The notes beneath the pieces are model-generated. The model had not been told where the DNA came from. It ran no database searches and saw only the letters and a program-made list of their open reading frames with translations. Positions 1 through 13,630 of a stretch of 63,857 nucleotides of DNA are shown piece by piece. Made by a program: the position numbers and the translations under genes. Each line of letters starts with the position of its first letter. Position 1 is the first letter of the stretch. Origin of the DNA: Octopus bimaculoides (taxonomy: Eukaryota); assembly GCF_001194135.2 (NCBI RefSeq), contig NC_068984.1, positions 116,397,391-116,461,247 on the forward strand. The letters are read 5' to 3'.

Positions 1-40
<40 letters not shown>

Positions 41-343
41 CACATACATGCATGTATGTATATATCGTTGTGTTCAATTTAATATGTTCCAAAAATCTTT
101 TTAACGTATATGAATGTATTTCATGTATGTTTATATGAGTGGAATACCTTCTTTTTTTATTTATATTGTATTAAATACACAAGGTTCTCATTTAATATTT
201 TTCAAATAAGATTTCTTCTTTCATGTTTTGTTTATATTCCTTTCCATTTTTAATACTAGATATCATAACCCATTCATCAACGCTTCGAGATCTCTATAGT
301 GTTCTCTTTAAGATAAAATGATGTTGGTGTATGTTGATGCAAT

Positions 344-647
344 GGCACTTCGTCGGTTACGACGACGTGAGTTGCAGTTAATCTTTTCAACGGAACAGCC
401 TGCTCGTGTGAGCACTCTACAAACACGCCCTCCCTTAACGTAGTTATCAAGGCAATTCAGCGTGGCACAGGATGTGACAAGGCCGGCCATCTGAAATACT
501 GGTACAATTCAGTTTTTGCTTATTTAGTGCATTGGAGACACGTAATATAAAGTACCTTGCCCAAGGACACAACGTGCCGCCGTAAATCGAACTTACGTCC
601 TTAAGATTGTGAGCTGCATACACTAACCACTTAGCCACACGCCTTCA
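344..647 (-). mobile_element. tRNA-derived SINE, family B
   Basis: The minus strand has an A-box TGGCTAAGTGG, a B-box-like GTTCGATTT and a core CCTTGGGCAAG. Its tail is homologous to the copies at 35492-35850 and 45865-46235. Confidence 0.8.
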
Positions 648-679
648 TTGTTGAAGCCCTACGAAACCACGTAGTTGTG

Positions 680-885
680 AAGCTATATAATACACATACA
701 TGTATACGTATCTATATGTATGTATATGTGCATATATATATATATATATATATGTATTTATATGTATGCTTGTATGCATCTATATGTCTGTCTGTCTGCA
801 TATATGTATGTATGTATGCATGCATGCATGTATGTATTTATGTATGTATGTATGTATGTATGCATGTATGTATGTATGTATGTAC
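680..885. repeat. (TA)n/(TATG)n compound microsatellite
   Basis: Seen directly; it produces the spurious YVCM/YI ORFs. Confidence 0.95.
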
Positions 886-892
886 GTAGAAT

Positions 893-1030
893 ACAGGCTC
901 AGTGTGGTTGTGTGATAAGTAACCTCCGAACCCCATGGTTCCGGATTCAGTCCCACTTCGTGGAACTTTGGGCGAGTGTTTTCTACTATGGACTCGAGTC
1001 TGTCAACGCCTTGTCGGTGGATTTTGGTAT
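893..1030 (+). mobile_element. tRNA-derived SINE, family A, 5' fragment
   Basis: GTGGTTGTGTGATAAGT...CCATGGTTCCGGATTCAGTCCCAC...TTTGGGCGAGTGTTTTCTACTAT matches the family A copies at 16768, 30875, 33205 and 38312. Confidence 0.75.
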
Positions 1031-1049
1031 ATAATCTTTATCTCTCTCT

Positions 1050-1208
<159 letters not shown>

Positions 1209-4200
1209 GAGAGAAAGAAAGTGAGAAAGAGGAATATCCACGTCTTAATTAGATACTAATTGTAATTCCCTTTTAGCTGTCAGTCATTTCCATGCCTTTC
1301 CCAACTATCAGAATTGAGAACATTCCCTATTAAATATTTGTCAATACTGCAAATATGGTTTCTGATCCAATTAAGATTATTGTATTCAGATCCGCTCCCT
1401 CAGTATTTCTTAACAAAAATAAATTGGCAATATTTCAAATTTTTTCCATCGCGAATACTTCATTTAAATGTTTCTGAGTGGATTTACACATTGAAACGGA
1501 TCTGTATTCTCGAATATAGTGGAGAAGAAGACACACTGTCAATTATGAATGGAAAAATTGTTTTGGACATCTTAGATTTTGGAATACACTAGAAACTATA
1601 AATAAAATAAATATTAAAATTCTTTTAGCAGCTAATACTCTTCAAGAACATAACATTTCCTATGTGATTTCCATTTGCGTTTGCGGACTTGCTCTCATAA
1701 AGTTTCATAAAAATGACAATGGCTAGCTTGTTGTATGTTAGGTAGCATATTTTAAAAAGCGACAATAAATGTAAAGTACCGGTAAATGTTCTGTTTTCCA
1801 TAAGGAAGATAAATGATTGATGAATCAAATCCAATGTCATACACGAACGTATTTTATCTATTAGAGACAGTGAGAGGGGAGATCAATCATCTAATGGTCG
1901 AACTCCCTATAGTGAGAAATGAAATTAAGTTGAACGCAGAAATCTACTGCTTGGAAACTATACGCATATCAGCTCCTTAAGAATATATAAGCCCCCATTT
2001 TGTAGCGAGAGCTGCTGAAATGTATAGAAGCAAACTTTATTATATTCTTGATTCATATTCGAGCCAACGAAAAATCCTGTATGCGATCGCTCGACCAGTC
2101 AGAAATTGCGCCTGATTCCCCTTCAAATTACAACCTTAACGTCTGCAAATGAAAGTCGGCGTGCTTCACAGCTGTAGGTTTGCACCATCAAGATTCAACT
2201 TAGGCTGAACAAAAGCAATGAGATCAGCTAGTCCTTAATTTATTAATTCTGTGAAATCTTGATTTGTCAGAATAAGAAGCTAGAACTCGTTCTAGTAAGA
2301 ATGTAACATCTTAAACCAACGACGGATTTTTTTAATTATAAAATGTAGGTGAAGAAAAAACGTGGCATTCACAGTGGATAGAAAACATTTGATCGTACGT
2401 TTTACTTACACGTTTGATCAGAGGACAATTTACGACAACAATAGCAGCCCAGAATTTATGAACATCAAAGTTGCGTACATGAAGGGCATAATAACCAGAA
2501 CTGCGAAGGGCCAGAGTAAATACAGAATGTGGAATGTTAGGATAGCTTTAATAATTCATTTGTCATAGGCTTTCAAGTATTTAACATTTCGTGACTACTT
2601 TTTGCCTGAGAGTGCAGGAGCAGCAAGTTTATCTTTCTTCATTCTTCAACAATGGAGAAGAATTCAATGCTTGGAATTCTCCATTGCTCATTGTAATGAA
2701 TTTATTATTTTGTTCAATGAAGCTTGATGTGGAATGAAGTTTGATGTTCCAGAAGAAAGATAACCTTAAAATTTTACCCTAAATACTGTGATATCTAGCC
2801 CTTCATTTCCATCTGATTGAACAATATAAAGGCAAATATCTTTCAATATACACGAAATCAAGATTTGAGGAAAGTTTGTATATTCGATTTAATCGATTCC
2901 TGTAAACTTCCCGATTTCCCTATCTTATTTCACTGAATTTAGAAAGATGAAAACTGCGATCAACATTCAGTAGGATTTAAACTAAAACTTTAGATGACTA
3001 CATCTAAACATCATAATGCTCTTCTGAATCTGTAAGCTAGCAGCACTCAAGTGTTGATTTCACATCATAGAGAAAAAACTAGGATCAAGTAAACGAAAAG
3101 GAAAATACAATCGATGGAATTAAACCTGATAAATAACATATAAAACATGATCCCAATCAGGAGTCTCAAACTTGTCACTCAATCTGTTAGAATTTGGCAA
3201 CCAAATTCTTCTGATAGCACTCCACCCACTCTCTTGATTAAGAACTCATTTATCAGGAAATGCAGTCCACGATATATCTAAAAGAAAACAAAACAACAAC
3301 AAACGAGATGGACACGGCTTTGAATGTTTTGATCATGAGTCTGTTTGGTCAATGTTGATTTGTAGTTGAATAACAATCGCAATAGGGATATAAACGTGCT
3401 TTTGTTGGAATAGATCCATTTTAAGGGGAAAGAGAATTTAAGACAAAACTTTATTATTATTAACAGTGTTGTTACTCAGCTATTTAAATATCAAATTCGA
3501 CTCGAAGCAGTAGTGAGTTGGGAGAATTGAAGTCGAGTAGATTCTCTATACGAGAATGTATTCTTATTATTCTAGTGTTTCTATTAACGCAAAGTATGTG
3601 ACAATATAAATATTGTGTTTCTTGGGATTATCTCTGTTTTATGATGTGACATGGACAAGAGAGAAATGTTTATCGAAACATGACACCGTTGTTAAACGGA
3701 TAATATGATGAGGTGTATATTCCCGTCAGCTTGTATAAACCGAAGTATGTAGAAAATTAAAGATATATAATGTTACGTCTGCAGTCCTTGTGGATTTTAA
3801 GATTTGAACTTACAAGCGGTCAGGTTACCGTCAATTAGCAACAAAAAATATTAAGAATAACACTGTAGAACCTAATACGAAATAAAAGTTAAACAGAAAC
3901 GACATATTAGAAATACCAATAGAAACAAGTAAAAAGAAAGGCAAAGTAAGAAAGAAAGATTTCGTAAGCTTTTATTGGTGTATCAGCAATTGAAGTGCTA
4001 TAACATTTCAAGCACACTAAATAAGACACAATGAAAATATCCATAATTTAAGCAAGGTATTTGTGTTTGGAACCGGAACACGTGCACCTGATACTTTAAC
4101 TGATGCGTTAATATTGGAGTTTCATGATATTTCATTCATTCTTAATATCAAGATATATATATGCGAAATGCCATGCCATATGATAGCAAAAGTGTCTATT

Positions 4201-5289
4201 TGAATGTGGTATTTTTTGAATTTCGGTTTTGAGGGCTATGAGATATATGCCTGCAAATGCCTGATATTGTAATGATATTGCTTTTCACTAATTTACCCAT
4301 ACATTGAAATATCATTTAGAAGCATCTATTTGTCACTTCTCCAAGTAAAAATATTATTGTAATGTGATGGTCTTACAGAAAACAAATTTATCGGGTTTAT
4401 TGATATTTGGTAAATCCTAATAGCATACACGAACGACATTATTCAATTTCAATCTCAGATTAAGTGGCATGAGAAAGGGTTCGGTTGGGAACCAGTTTTA
4501 CTGCATTTTGGTCGAAGCATCTCGTCATTGAAAAGCTGCGTTGTTGTAAGCGTTTACGTTTTCCTTTATCAATAAAATAATGAAATGATTTCTTGCTTTC
4601 ATATAATAACATGCATTAGGAAGAGATGTCTTCTCAATTGAAGCCACTCCAGTACGTTATAAATATATTATATATTTCTTTTTACTTTCTTATAAGGAAT
4701 ATGAAATAAAGAGTTGATCTCGGCGAGACTTAAAATCTGGAATATAAATTCATAAAGTTTGTACCAGTTCCACCGATTCTATTATTCACTACTCTTAGAA
4801 TTGTTAAAGAGTTGTTAACGGCCGAAGTATTGTAAACGGTGAAGTTCACCCAAGAATACAGCTCTTGTTTTCTGTCAGTCTTGCCATCTACTTCCTCTAT
4901 ATGTATTCATATATTTTATCTTTTACATTTTTAGTCATTAGACTGCGGCCATACTGGGACACGGCCTTGAATGGCTCGACTCCAGTATTTATACTTTTCT
5001 TTTTTCTCGTTCCTCTCCAATCTCTGCATTTTTCCTCCCATTATTTTCTTATGTTTTCTCATAGCGCAGTCCCCTGGCTATTTTTTTAAAAAAATACACC
5101 TAACACCATGCACTGACCCCGATAGATTGCTTGGATATACATGGCATGTTATATAATTCTGCCAAATTATTGTATTTCTGCAGCATGAAATTATTAGTAG
5201 CTCTTTTTAAAATTATATATGTTAAATGATATTCATTTATCATTGAATAGACTACTTGTTGTTGATCCTACCAATAACAGAACAGCAAA

Positions 5290-5298
5290 CTGTCTCTG

Positions 5299-5360
<62 letters not shown>

Positions 5361-5597
5361 GATACATGCATACATACATACATACATACATAAATACATA
5401 CATACATACATGCATACATACATACATACGTAAATGCATACTTCATTTCTTTGGCATTGATAAATTGCTGATGGGTTCTATGAATATTTTCTAAGCTTCG
5501 GCGAAACAAAAGATGATATACACAATTCACTCTTAGCACCCAGACATAGACATGCATACACACACTCACCAACGCACACACGCACACACACACACAC

Positions 5598-5657
<60 letters not shown>

Positions 5658-6648
5658 NNNNNNNNNNNNNNNNNNNNNNNNNNNNNNNNNNNNNNNNNNN
5701 NNNNNNNNNNNNNNNNNNNNNNNNNNNNNNNNNNNNNNNNNNNNNNNNNNNNNNNNNNNNNNNNNNNNNNNNNNNNNNNNNNNNNNNNNNNNNNNNNNNN
5801 NNNNNNNNNNNNNNNNNNNNNNNNNNNNNNNNNNNNNNNNNNNNNNNNNNNNNNNNNNNNNNNNNNNNNNNNNNNNNNNNNNNNNNNNNNNNNNNNNNNN
5901 NNNNNNNNNNNNNNNNNNNNNNNNNNNNNNNNNNNNNNNNNNNNNNNNNNNNNNNNNNNNNNNNNNNNNNNNNNNNNNNNNNNNNNNNNNNNNNNNNNNN
6001 NNNNNNNNNNNNNNNNNNNNNNNNNNNNNNNNNNNNNNNNNNNNNNNNNNNNNNNNNNNNNNNNNNNNNNNNNNNNNNNNNNNNNNNNNNNNNNNNNNNN
6101 NNNNNNNNNNNNNNNNNNNNNNNNNNNNNNNNNNNNNNNNNNNNNNNNNNNNNNNNNNNNNNNNNNNNNNNNNNNNNNNNNNNNNNNNNNNNNNNNNNNN
6201 NNNNNNNNNNNNNNNNNNNNNNNNNNNNNNNNNNNNNNNNNNNNNNNNNNNNNNNNNNNNNNNNNNNNNNNNNNNNNNNNNNNNNNNNNNNNNNNNNNNN
6301 NNNNNNNNNNNNNNNNNNNNNNNNNNNNNNNNNNNNNNNNNNNNNNNNNNNNNNNNNNNNNNNNNNNNNNNNNNNNNNNNNNNNNNNNNNNNNNNNNNNN
6401 NNNNNNNNNNNNNNNNNNNNNNNNNNNNNNNNNNNNNNNNNNNNNNNNNNNNNNNNNNNNNNNNNNNNNNNNNNNNNNNNNNNNNNNNNNNNNNNNNNNN
6501 NNNNNNNNNNNNNNNNNNNNNNNNNNNNNNNNNNNNNNNNNNNNNNNNNNNNNNNNNNNNNNNNNNNNNNNNNNNNNNNNNNNNNNNNNNNNNNNNNNNN
6601 NNNNNNNNNNNNNNNNNNNNNNNNNNNNNNNNATGCATACATGCATTG

Positions 6649-6735
<87 letters not shown>

Positions 6736-6736
6736 A

Positions 6737-6770
<34 letters not shown>

Positions 6771-6815
6771 CCTATCTCGTGTGCGTGTGTGTATATATAT
6801 GTATATATATATATT
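5290..6815. repeat. (TATC)n/(TACA)n/(CA)n microsatellites around an assembly gap (N 5658-6632)
   Basis: Seen directly. Confidence 0.95.
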
Positions 6816-7061
6816 GAAAAATTACTATTTCGTAACCAATGCTTAACTCCATATAATTCAAATTTCTAAGCTTCTTCGTCTGATAATATACATCTGAACA
6901 ATTTACAGAATGTATAACTGAGAGTATATTACGGTTACTACATAATATACTAGTATTCAATAATGAAACATATGTAAAAATTATGTATATATGATATTAT
7001 TAAAAAAAATACACTACATCTATTGTATTCTGCTCTCGTGTTTGTGTGTGTGGTGGGTGCT

Positions 7062-7252
7062 TCACCCACCCACTCCATCCCAATGGACGTCAGCTCCTGT
7101 CCAGTTCCAAGCAGTTGATCTTTTTTGCGGGCGTTTGCCAGCGCGATGTGGACCGGTTTTACATTTCCAGGCGTCCCCGACATCTGAACATCTCTCCAGC
7201 TGAACTCTTGGCTCTTCGATGTCTCCGACGCCGCAAAGACATCATCATAAAG
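7062..7252 (+). mobile_element. Penelope-like element, fragment just N-terminal to the RT domain (frameshifted)
   Basis: PPTPSQWTSAPVQFQAVDLF, then a frameshift in a T-run, then AGVCQRDVDRFYISRRPRHLNISPAELLALRCLRRRKDIIIK. This resembles the PLE motif WTPP...LDLF...NLSxAExxALRxL...DIxIK(PADKG). Confidence 0.7.
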
Positions 7253-7865
7253 TAATTGATGCTCAAAAGAGATATAGATGCAGGAAAGGCAGTAACGTGA
7301 CTTTGTGGAGTTCACACTGAAGATATCACCTACACCATAGGCAATTGTCCGAAAATGTCATTATTGAATTATCTACTGATGGGACATGACGTTGTAGCTA
7401 GGACACTCTATAATGAAATCCGTCAAAAGGATAATCCCGAAGGTAAAGAAATAAGAACACACAATATGGTAGAAGCCATTGCCACTCATAACAAAAAGGA
7501 ATACTAGTGGAATGTACCAGTGAAGACCACAATAAAATGTAAGCACAACAGGCATGATATATTGATTTGGGATAGAGAAGAGAAACTGTGTATAGTTGTG
7601 GAAATTAGCTGAAGATCAGTGAAACAGAGAACTCCTATGCTGAACTATTGAGAAATCTGCAGTTACTCTATCCAGATTACAAATTCAAGTTTATACCTGT
7701 AATTATTGGGGCCATGGGATATGTAATACACTGCCTAAATACCAATCTTGAGAAATTAGGTTTCTCAAAACCAGAAAGGAGAAAGCTAATTCGAAGACTA
7801 AAGATCTAATTCATCACTAGAACTGTAAAAATCTGTAAAACTTCCCAGAAGTTTATCATTTAAAT
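7253..7865 (+). mobile_element. R4/Dong-type non-LTR retrotransposon 3' end (zinc knuckle and RLE domain), decayed
   Basis: LCGVHTEDITYTIGNCPKM...GHDVVARTLYNEI...WNVPVKTTIKCKHNRHDILIWDREEKLCIVVEIS...YKFKFIPVIIGAMG, with stops. Confidence 0.85.
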
Positions 7866-9784
7866 ATATTTGAGCATGCCTAGATATGCAACTATATGCA
7901 TGAGAATACATAAACCAAACAAATCTGCACATACATATATACATACATACATTCAAACAATAATAAAGTACATATTTAGATTTGAAGACGCGTTTCTGAA
8001 AGTATTGCGATACCAGGCGGTAATTAGTTGCGTTTCCTTACATTTGGAGATCAAATCTACCAGAGCTAATCTTATGTTCATCACTTCGGGAATAATGGAA
8101 AAGTACCCGTAATGAGGTGGATTAATTCGATAGCCTGTAACTGTATCTGACAATTACTTCGTGCCTGAAAAATAAATTCAATATAGCTGTAAATTCATGG
8201 CTTTCATAGCCACATTGTATATGTAATAAAACAAAAACAAGCGATTTAAGATCGAAGCAGGCAAAATGAATGATATTTCGGAATCATCAGAGCGAAGATT
8301 AAAAAAATCGCTTTGCAAACATTCCATACTTTTGTTTTTAATGATTCACAGGAACAGCGTTTCGAAAAATGAATAGGAATTATTTTACTCCATGCTTCAA
8401 TGAGCGATCTTTAAATGGGATTATGGATATATGAATTTAATTATATTGTATCAAATAAATAAATAACCAAACATTAAATGTTTTCTTTTAAAATGTGTCC
8501 GCTTTATTAATTACTAACATAGACACCGTTACTATGCATTGAAATCTAGAAAAATATGCCATAAGCTACATAGACAAAATTAAAATGGACGAGGCCATAT
8601 AGAGTAAGGGAAAATATTTATCATCCGTGGAGAAAGTGAAGTAAGGAAAGAAAAACAAAAGTTAAGCGAAATCATTCTGCGTTCAAACTACAGCTTAGGT
8701 AGTCATCGCTTTTCTACCTTCCTTTGTCGATCATAATTAATATCAGGAAATACCGGAGTCTCTTAATCTGACCCCAAGTCATCTGTCAATTTGTAGCCTG
8801 AACTCTTACAGCGAGGTGTCCTCTCGATCTTATGACTGGAAATATATTTTAGCTAGCTGTTCGGTTCCATCCTAACTATAAGTATTGGCCATCACCTCTT
8901 TAAAAGTTTTCACACCATAAAAAAGGAATGCCTTTCCTCCACTCCCACCTCTTAGCCATACATATATGCGGCAATGCATGTTCTTCACAACATCCTGCAG
9001 TACGTCCATCATCTTCTTTCTCTTTCACTCTTGCCCTCTCACCTTTACTCTCTCTTTATTCCACAATCACATATGCAAAACTTCGATGGAGACTCTTGTC
9101 ATGTCAATATTGAAATGGAAGTCAGACATTAAAAGAACCAATCTAAAGGATATAATGGGCTTCAGGGCCAGCCTTCCCATTTCGATTTGTTTCACATCCT
9201 TAATTTCGTTGCTTTCACTACATCTCTGAAACCCGTTCATCGGCTGCAGTGTTTCCAGACCTCCAAGCTACATTCTCCAATTCAGCTTTATCTGATGACT
9301 ACTAATTTTACCTTTGCACATTTCAACAGTTCTTAGAAGTGTAATATATATATATATATATATANNNNNNNNNNNNNNNNNNNNNNNNNNNNNNNNNNNN
9401 NNNNNNNNNNNNNNNNNNNNNNNNNNNNNNNNNNNNNNNNNNNNNNNNNNNNNNNNNNNNNNNNNNNNNNNNNNNNNNNNNNNNNNNNNNNNNNNNNNNN
9501 NNNNNNNNNNNNNNNNNNNNNNNNNNNNNNNNNNNNNNNNNNNNNNNNNNNNNNNNNNNNNNNNNNNNNNNNNNNNNNNNNNNNNNNNNNNNNNNNNNNN
9601 NNNNNNNNNNNNNNNNNNNNNNNNNNNNNNNNNNNNNNNNNNNNNNNNNNNNNNNNNNNNNNNNNNNNNNNNNNNNNNNNNNNNNNNNNNNNNNNNNNNN
9701 NNNNNNNNNNNNNNNNNNNNNNNNNNNNNNNNNNNNNNNNNNNNNNNNNNNNNNNNNNNNNNNNNNNNNNNNNNNNNTATATAT

Positions 9785-9955
9785 ATATACGACGGGCTTC
9801 TTTCAGTTTCCGTCAACCAAATCCACTCACAAGGCTTTGGTCGGCCCGAGGCTATAGTAGAAGACAATCGTCCAAGGTGACACACAGTGGGACTGAGTCT
9901 GGAACCATGGAGTTGGTAAGCAAGCTACTTAGCACACATCCACTCCTGCGCCTAT
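9785..9955 (-). mobile_element. SINE family A, 5' half (the rest lies in the gap N 9365-9777)
   Basis: GACGGGCTTCTTTCAGTTTCCGTCAACCAAATCCACTCACAAGGCTTTGGTCGGCCCGAGG is nearly identical to the 31.1 kb and 33.5 kb copies. Confidence 0.9.
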
Positions 9956-10299
9956 ATACGCATGTGTACATTGTAAATACATAGATGTAGAGTTTTTATT
10001 TCTACTGCTTCCGTCTCTCAATTCCGTTCCAGTCGCCTTTTTACCCGCTAAAACAGGAAACAAGAATTTACTACATCTGTAATTGCATGAACCTAAGAAA
10101 TATTAATGTGAACGAAATTAGCTGTAATTATTTAAGTGATTCCAGAGTTGTTCGACGAAAGCAAGTTGCTCATAAAAGCATTGACGCTTTGATGCACAAA
10201 CTGCCAAATGGCATTTAATGTAAAGATTTCGTTCCACATGCTTATTGTCTGCTGCATAATTATTGCCAACTTCGCTACATTTCAACGTAATTTCGGAAG

Positions 10300-10353
<54 letters not shown>

Positions 10354-10491
10354 ATATATATANNNNNNNNNNNNNNNNNNNNNNNNNNNNNNNNNNNNNN
10401 NNNNNNNNNNNNNNNNNNNNNNNNNNNNNNNNNNNNNNNNNNNNNNNNNNNNNNNNNNNNNNNNNNNNNNNNNNNNNNNNNNNNNNNNNNN

Positions 10492-10528
<37 letters not shown>

Positions 10529-12159
10529 CTGTCTTCAAGCATTAAAAAAAATTATTTCCAGGTACTGGTTGGGAGAAAATTATACTTGTATTTTTTTCAG
10601 TGATGTGAATCTATGAAGCTGCTAATTTCTTTTGCAAATGTTTTTCACTACAATCTTTTTCTGCGAAATCTAATAGATATCAGATTTACTTCATCAATAC
10701 CCTCTGCTTACATCACAGGAATATTTTTTTCTTATTATTATTGCTGTATTTAGCATCATACCTCTTCGCGTGCTGGATTTTCTGCATAAATAAATGTGAT
10801 CATGGCTGTAGCTTGCAAAAACATGGACACAATGCGTAGGAACGTGCGTCGCTGCAGGTAAATTGACACTGTAATTTTCTTTTACTAGGAAATAATTATT
10901 TTGAGTTAACGGACTTAGCGTAGAAGAAATTGAACGGAAACCAGTATATATCATTGTTATAAAGTATCTATGTTTTGCTCCAGAGCGTTGAAAAGCAGGA
11001 TCTTATCTCAGACCTAAGAGACACAAGCCAGTATCCCGTAATGTATTTATTTCCTTTTACCTATTTCAGTGTTCACTTTTCAATGTCTGCAGAGATGTAG
11101 CTTCTTCAGTCTTAGCAGAGGCATCTCATTCATTACGATGGTAACTTTGAAATATAATCATAGTGTGCAGCAAAAAGAGGTATCTGTGTCAGGTTGTATG
11201 GACTAAAGGCTCTGTTGTTGCAATGACTTGGTAAGAATCACTTGCAGCCCCAGTTTCTTTTGCCTGCTTATAGAACCGCGTTTTGCAGGGTCTATCGTGA
11301 GTGTACGCTTGCATCGTACATTTCTTTCTCATTCAGCAGTACAGTTTAAACATTGTGATAGTGAAAGTGGATTACATCCCTTACAAACTGAAATCACATA
11401 ATACAGTTGCAAGCTTTTCCCATCAACAACAGTATGCTAATTTATAGCTATTTACGCACTTCATCTCATAAAGCGAGGACTGGACATATTGATAGTGACA
11501 TGTAAACGGTTAGGCTGTAGATAGTCACATTACATAGTAACTGTGTGCATTAGATTTTTCATTAATTGGAATAGATTGGTTTTTCAAATGCATGAGCTAT
11601 CGAAACAATCGTAGCTGCATGCATGAATTGATTCTTGGAACTTTTCAAGCAGTTCAGAACAAGCCAAGAGGTCCAGATTATAAAACTGTTCGTAGCCTTT
11701 TAATTTGAAGCTTACAATAAAGTGAACCAACAAGCGTACAAAAATTGTCTGATCTTTCTCTGTTATTGCAGAATACTGTTTATAAGTTGTAATCGTATGA
11801 AGGCATACACTGTCCTCATAACGTCAGCTGATAACTACACTTTGGTTTTAAGAGTGCGGTACAAGTCTATGAAACATGTTGCAGAGTTGTTTCCCTCTAA
11901 TTTGCTGACATATATTTGATGAACACTTCCACCATTAATACTTCACGGTGTGAAATAATATTCCATGTTTTAAAACAAAGTACATTATAAATATGAAATA
12001 TAATTTCACCTAATGAAATTGTCCTTTAGACCTGCTGCATCAAATTTCGCTGTGTTTTAAAATTATTTGCATTCAGCCAATATTTTGTGCTCCCATCCTA
12101 CGTTTTCCATAATAAGTTTGTAGGCTTATTGCTAGTTGTAGTGACTTTAGGTGGAGACA

Positions 12160-12410
12160 ACGGACATACGATTTGAATCTCACTGGTAAGACTCGTAAGA
12201 CGAATTATTGAAAGTTGAGCCAACTAGGAGGAGATCTCAGGGGAGATCAAGAACAAGATGGTTGGATGAAATCTATAGTTCTCAGCCGAAAAGTGTAAAG
12301 AGAGTTACTTCAGATAGGACTGTCTGAAAGAGGCGCCTGAGCATTCTGTTCCTACGACCCTCCACAAGCAGTGGGCGGAAAAATTGGATGAATGAATGAA
12401 CGGATGGATT
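12160..12410 (+). mobile_element. RTE-clade LINE 3' end
   Basis: RRSQGRSRTRWLDEI...SDRTV*KRRL is the RTE C-terminal GRPRxRWxD...DRxxW motif, followed by a (TGAA)n tail. Confidence 0.7.
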
Positions 12411-12654
12411 TTCATGCAACGTCAGTTGTATAAAGGATATTGAGGCAACTAAGTGTCCAAACAATTAAAAAACTTATTGTTTGAATATTGTCGAATAAAA
12501 CTAATCCCTATTCATGAATCTGTATAGAGAAGCAATGTTTAAGAAATAAGATTGTGACAACCATCCTTGTATTTCTCTTCACTTTATTTTTGACAAGCAA
12601 TACAAGTGGAACATTCCAATAAAAACAGAAATTCGTTGCAAACATAACAGACCT

Positions 12655-12780
12655 ACATTGTTTACATTTGACGGATATTTGTCCTCATCTTGTCTGTTGT
12701 TAACACAACGTTTCGGCTGATATATCCGTCAAATGTAAATAATGTAAATAATGTACATAATTCCTCATCTCTTAAATATC
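12655..12780. mobile_element. PLE-type terminal repeat in a fold-back (head-to-head) arrangement, containing the 3' half of a hammerhead
   Basis: There is a perfect 18-bp inverted repeat at 12661-12678/12722-12739. The minus strand reads CAGCCGAAACGTTGTGTT, and the region is homologous to 25035-25130. Confidence 0.75.
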
Positions 12781-13393
12781 TCTTAAATAATAGACCAAAT
12801 ATTATTCTGTGAGACAGGGGAAAAAGGTTATGGACTATTGTAGCGGTTAACTGGCTAGTGGAGCGTGAATGTACCATTAAATGTCCAGGAAAAAGAAAGC
12901 ATTCATGCTGAATTAAGGCGTAACTTATAGCACTTGTACCCTGACAATAATTTCTCCCTAGGACCTACTATCATAGGTTCATTAGGTTGTGTACCAACAC
13001 ATTTACACAAAAACTTGAAAATACTATATTTTTCGAAGAAAGAGCAACTGAAACTGACGTGTACTCTCCAATTCCAGTGTATTTGTGGCACAGTCAGGAT
13101 TTGAAAGACATTCCAAAATTTCTCTACAAAATTTCTATATAATATAGATAAAAAGATGCATACGCTTGAGTGTGTTTCAATAACTCAACCAACACCAGCT
13201 CAACCAAATAGTTATACACACCGGGAACTCCTTTAACTTAATACGCCTTGTCGTTTACTTAGCGACTGGCTTGAACTCTCTTAGGAACTTCAAAATTCAA
13301 AGAAAAAACATTTACGAATACACATCTGCATTTATGCATTGATATATGTTCATACACAAGCAAGCAATCAAAACACACACACAAACACACAGG

Positions 13394-13425
<32 letters not shown>

Positions 13426-13595
13426 AACACACACACACACACACAAACACACACATACACACACACACACGCACACATACGCACACACACACACACATAT
13501 ACACAAGCACACGTTCACCCACGTATATGTAAGCAAGAGGGTTGTATGTACTCTTACGTTACCCACATTTTACATCACACTTATAGATGTATGTG

Positions 13596-13630
<35 letters not shown>

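Noticed and set aside
8272-8292. Minus-strand CTGATGATTCCGAAA resembling a hammerhead core
   Set aside because: Only 4 nt lie between the boxes, so there is no stem II, and there is no stem I or III.
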